The notes under the pieces: generated by a model
Seen by the model: only the letters and a program-made list of their open reading frames with translations
What the model was told of the DNA's origin: nothing
Database searches by the model: none
Position numbers and translations under genes: made by a program
Source of the DNA: an uncultured Verrucomicrobiae bacterium
GTDB lineage: Bacteria; Verrucomicrobiota; Verrucomicrobiia; Chthoniobacterales; JAATET01
Reading direction: 5' to 3'
Length of the DNA stretch: 64,000 nt
NCBI GenBank assembly: GCA_963740185.1
Contig: CAVUDH010000001.1
Span: 386,839-450,838, forward strand
Shown: positions 63,722 through 64,000 of the stretch, one piece after another
Position numbering within the stretch: the stretch's first letter is position 1
Layout: each line of letters starts with the position of its first letter

Positions 63722-63894
63722 CCCGCGAATATGGGGGATGCGATCCGGAGTTGAAACGGATTTACGCAGGATAGTTTCAGCCGACAAGGTGCCTTCTGAA
63801 AAGAGAAGGACATCCGTCATTAAACGGATGCCCTCCTCGAACAAAACAACCTGGCGTCTCACGACGCCGAGCTGGATTTAAAAAAATTGACGCG

Positions 63895-64000
63895 TTACGC
63901 GCTGACCGGAGTCGGATCGACGTTCACGCGGCGACCTTCGCGGTCGAACTTCACGCGGCCCTCGACGAGCGACCAGATCGTGTAATCGCGACCCAATCCA
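63895..64000 (-). CDS. rpmA: 50S ribosomal protein L27, C-terminal fragment (5' end outside window)
   Basis: Reverse translation ..[34 protein letters not shown]. Confidence 0.82.
   Translation of the reverse strand, partial: GLGRDYTIWSLVEGRVKFDREGRRVNVDPTPVSA

Overview
High-GC bacterial chromosomal window. My guess is a Verrucomicrobiota/PVC-type genome, based on repeat content and gene set, but this is not verified. About 60 protein genes sit on both strands, and most are housekeeping. These include guaB (3' end), a purA-like gene, the mlaEFDCA operon, yjcH-actP, a cysteine desulfurase, uppS, rpmE-prfA-prmC, ligA, argD, obg, glgA, msrA, tadA, rpe, folC, accD, comF, xerD, purC, deoA, rpmA (3' end) and one tRNA-Arg(CCG).

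Accessory or unusual content:
1. A tight four-gene cluster at 32.9-37.8 kb. It encodes a WXG100-like protein, two small helical proteins and a ~1285-aa EssC/EccC-like FtsK-family ATPase. This is a minimal type-VII-like module with no other known T7SS parts, and I rank it the best candidate for an undescribed system.
2. An operon at 48.4-52.5 kb. It encodes a DUF4062 (TIR-like)-TM-TPR protein and two signal-peptide proteins.
3. A ~2 kb vapBC islet at 39.8-41.7 kb. It is bracketed by a duplicated 3' end of an MsbA-like ABC gene.
4. An IS1380-family insertion.
5. Three short-repeat families: strand-polarised heptamer microsatellites (15 arrays, some translated inside genes), 9-mer-array hairpin elements, and triple-hairpin REP-like elements.

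Nine genes carry frame disruptions. Eight of them are repaired by deleting one C from a C-run on the + strand, so I read them as systematic assembly errors, not pseudogenes. No rRNA or CRISPR was seen.
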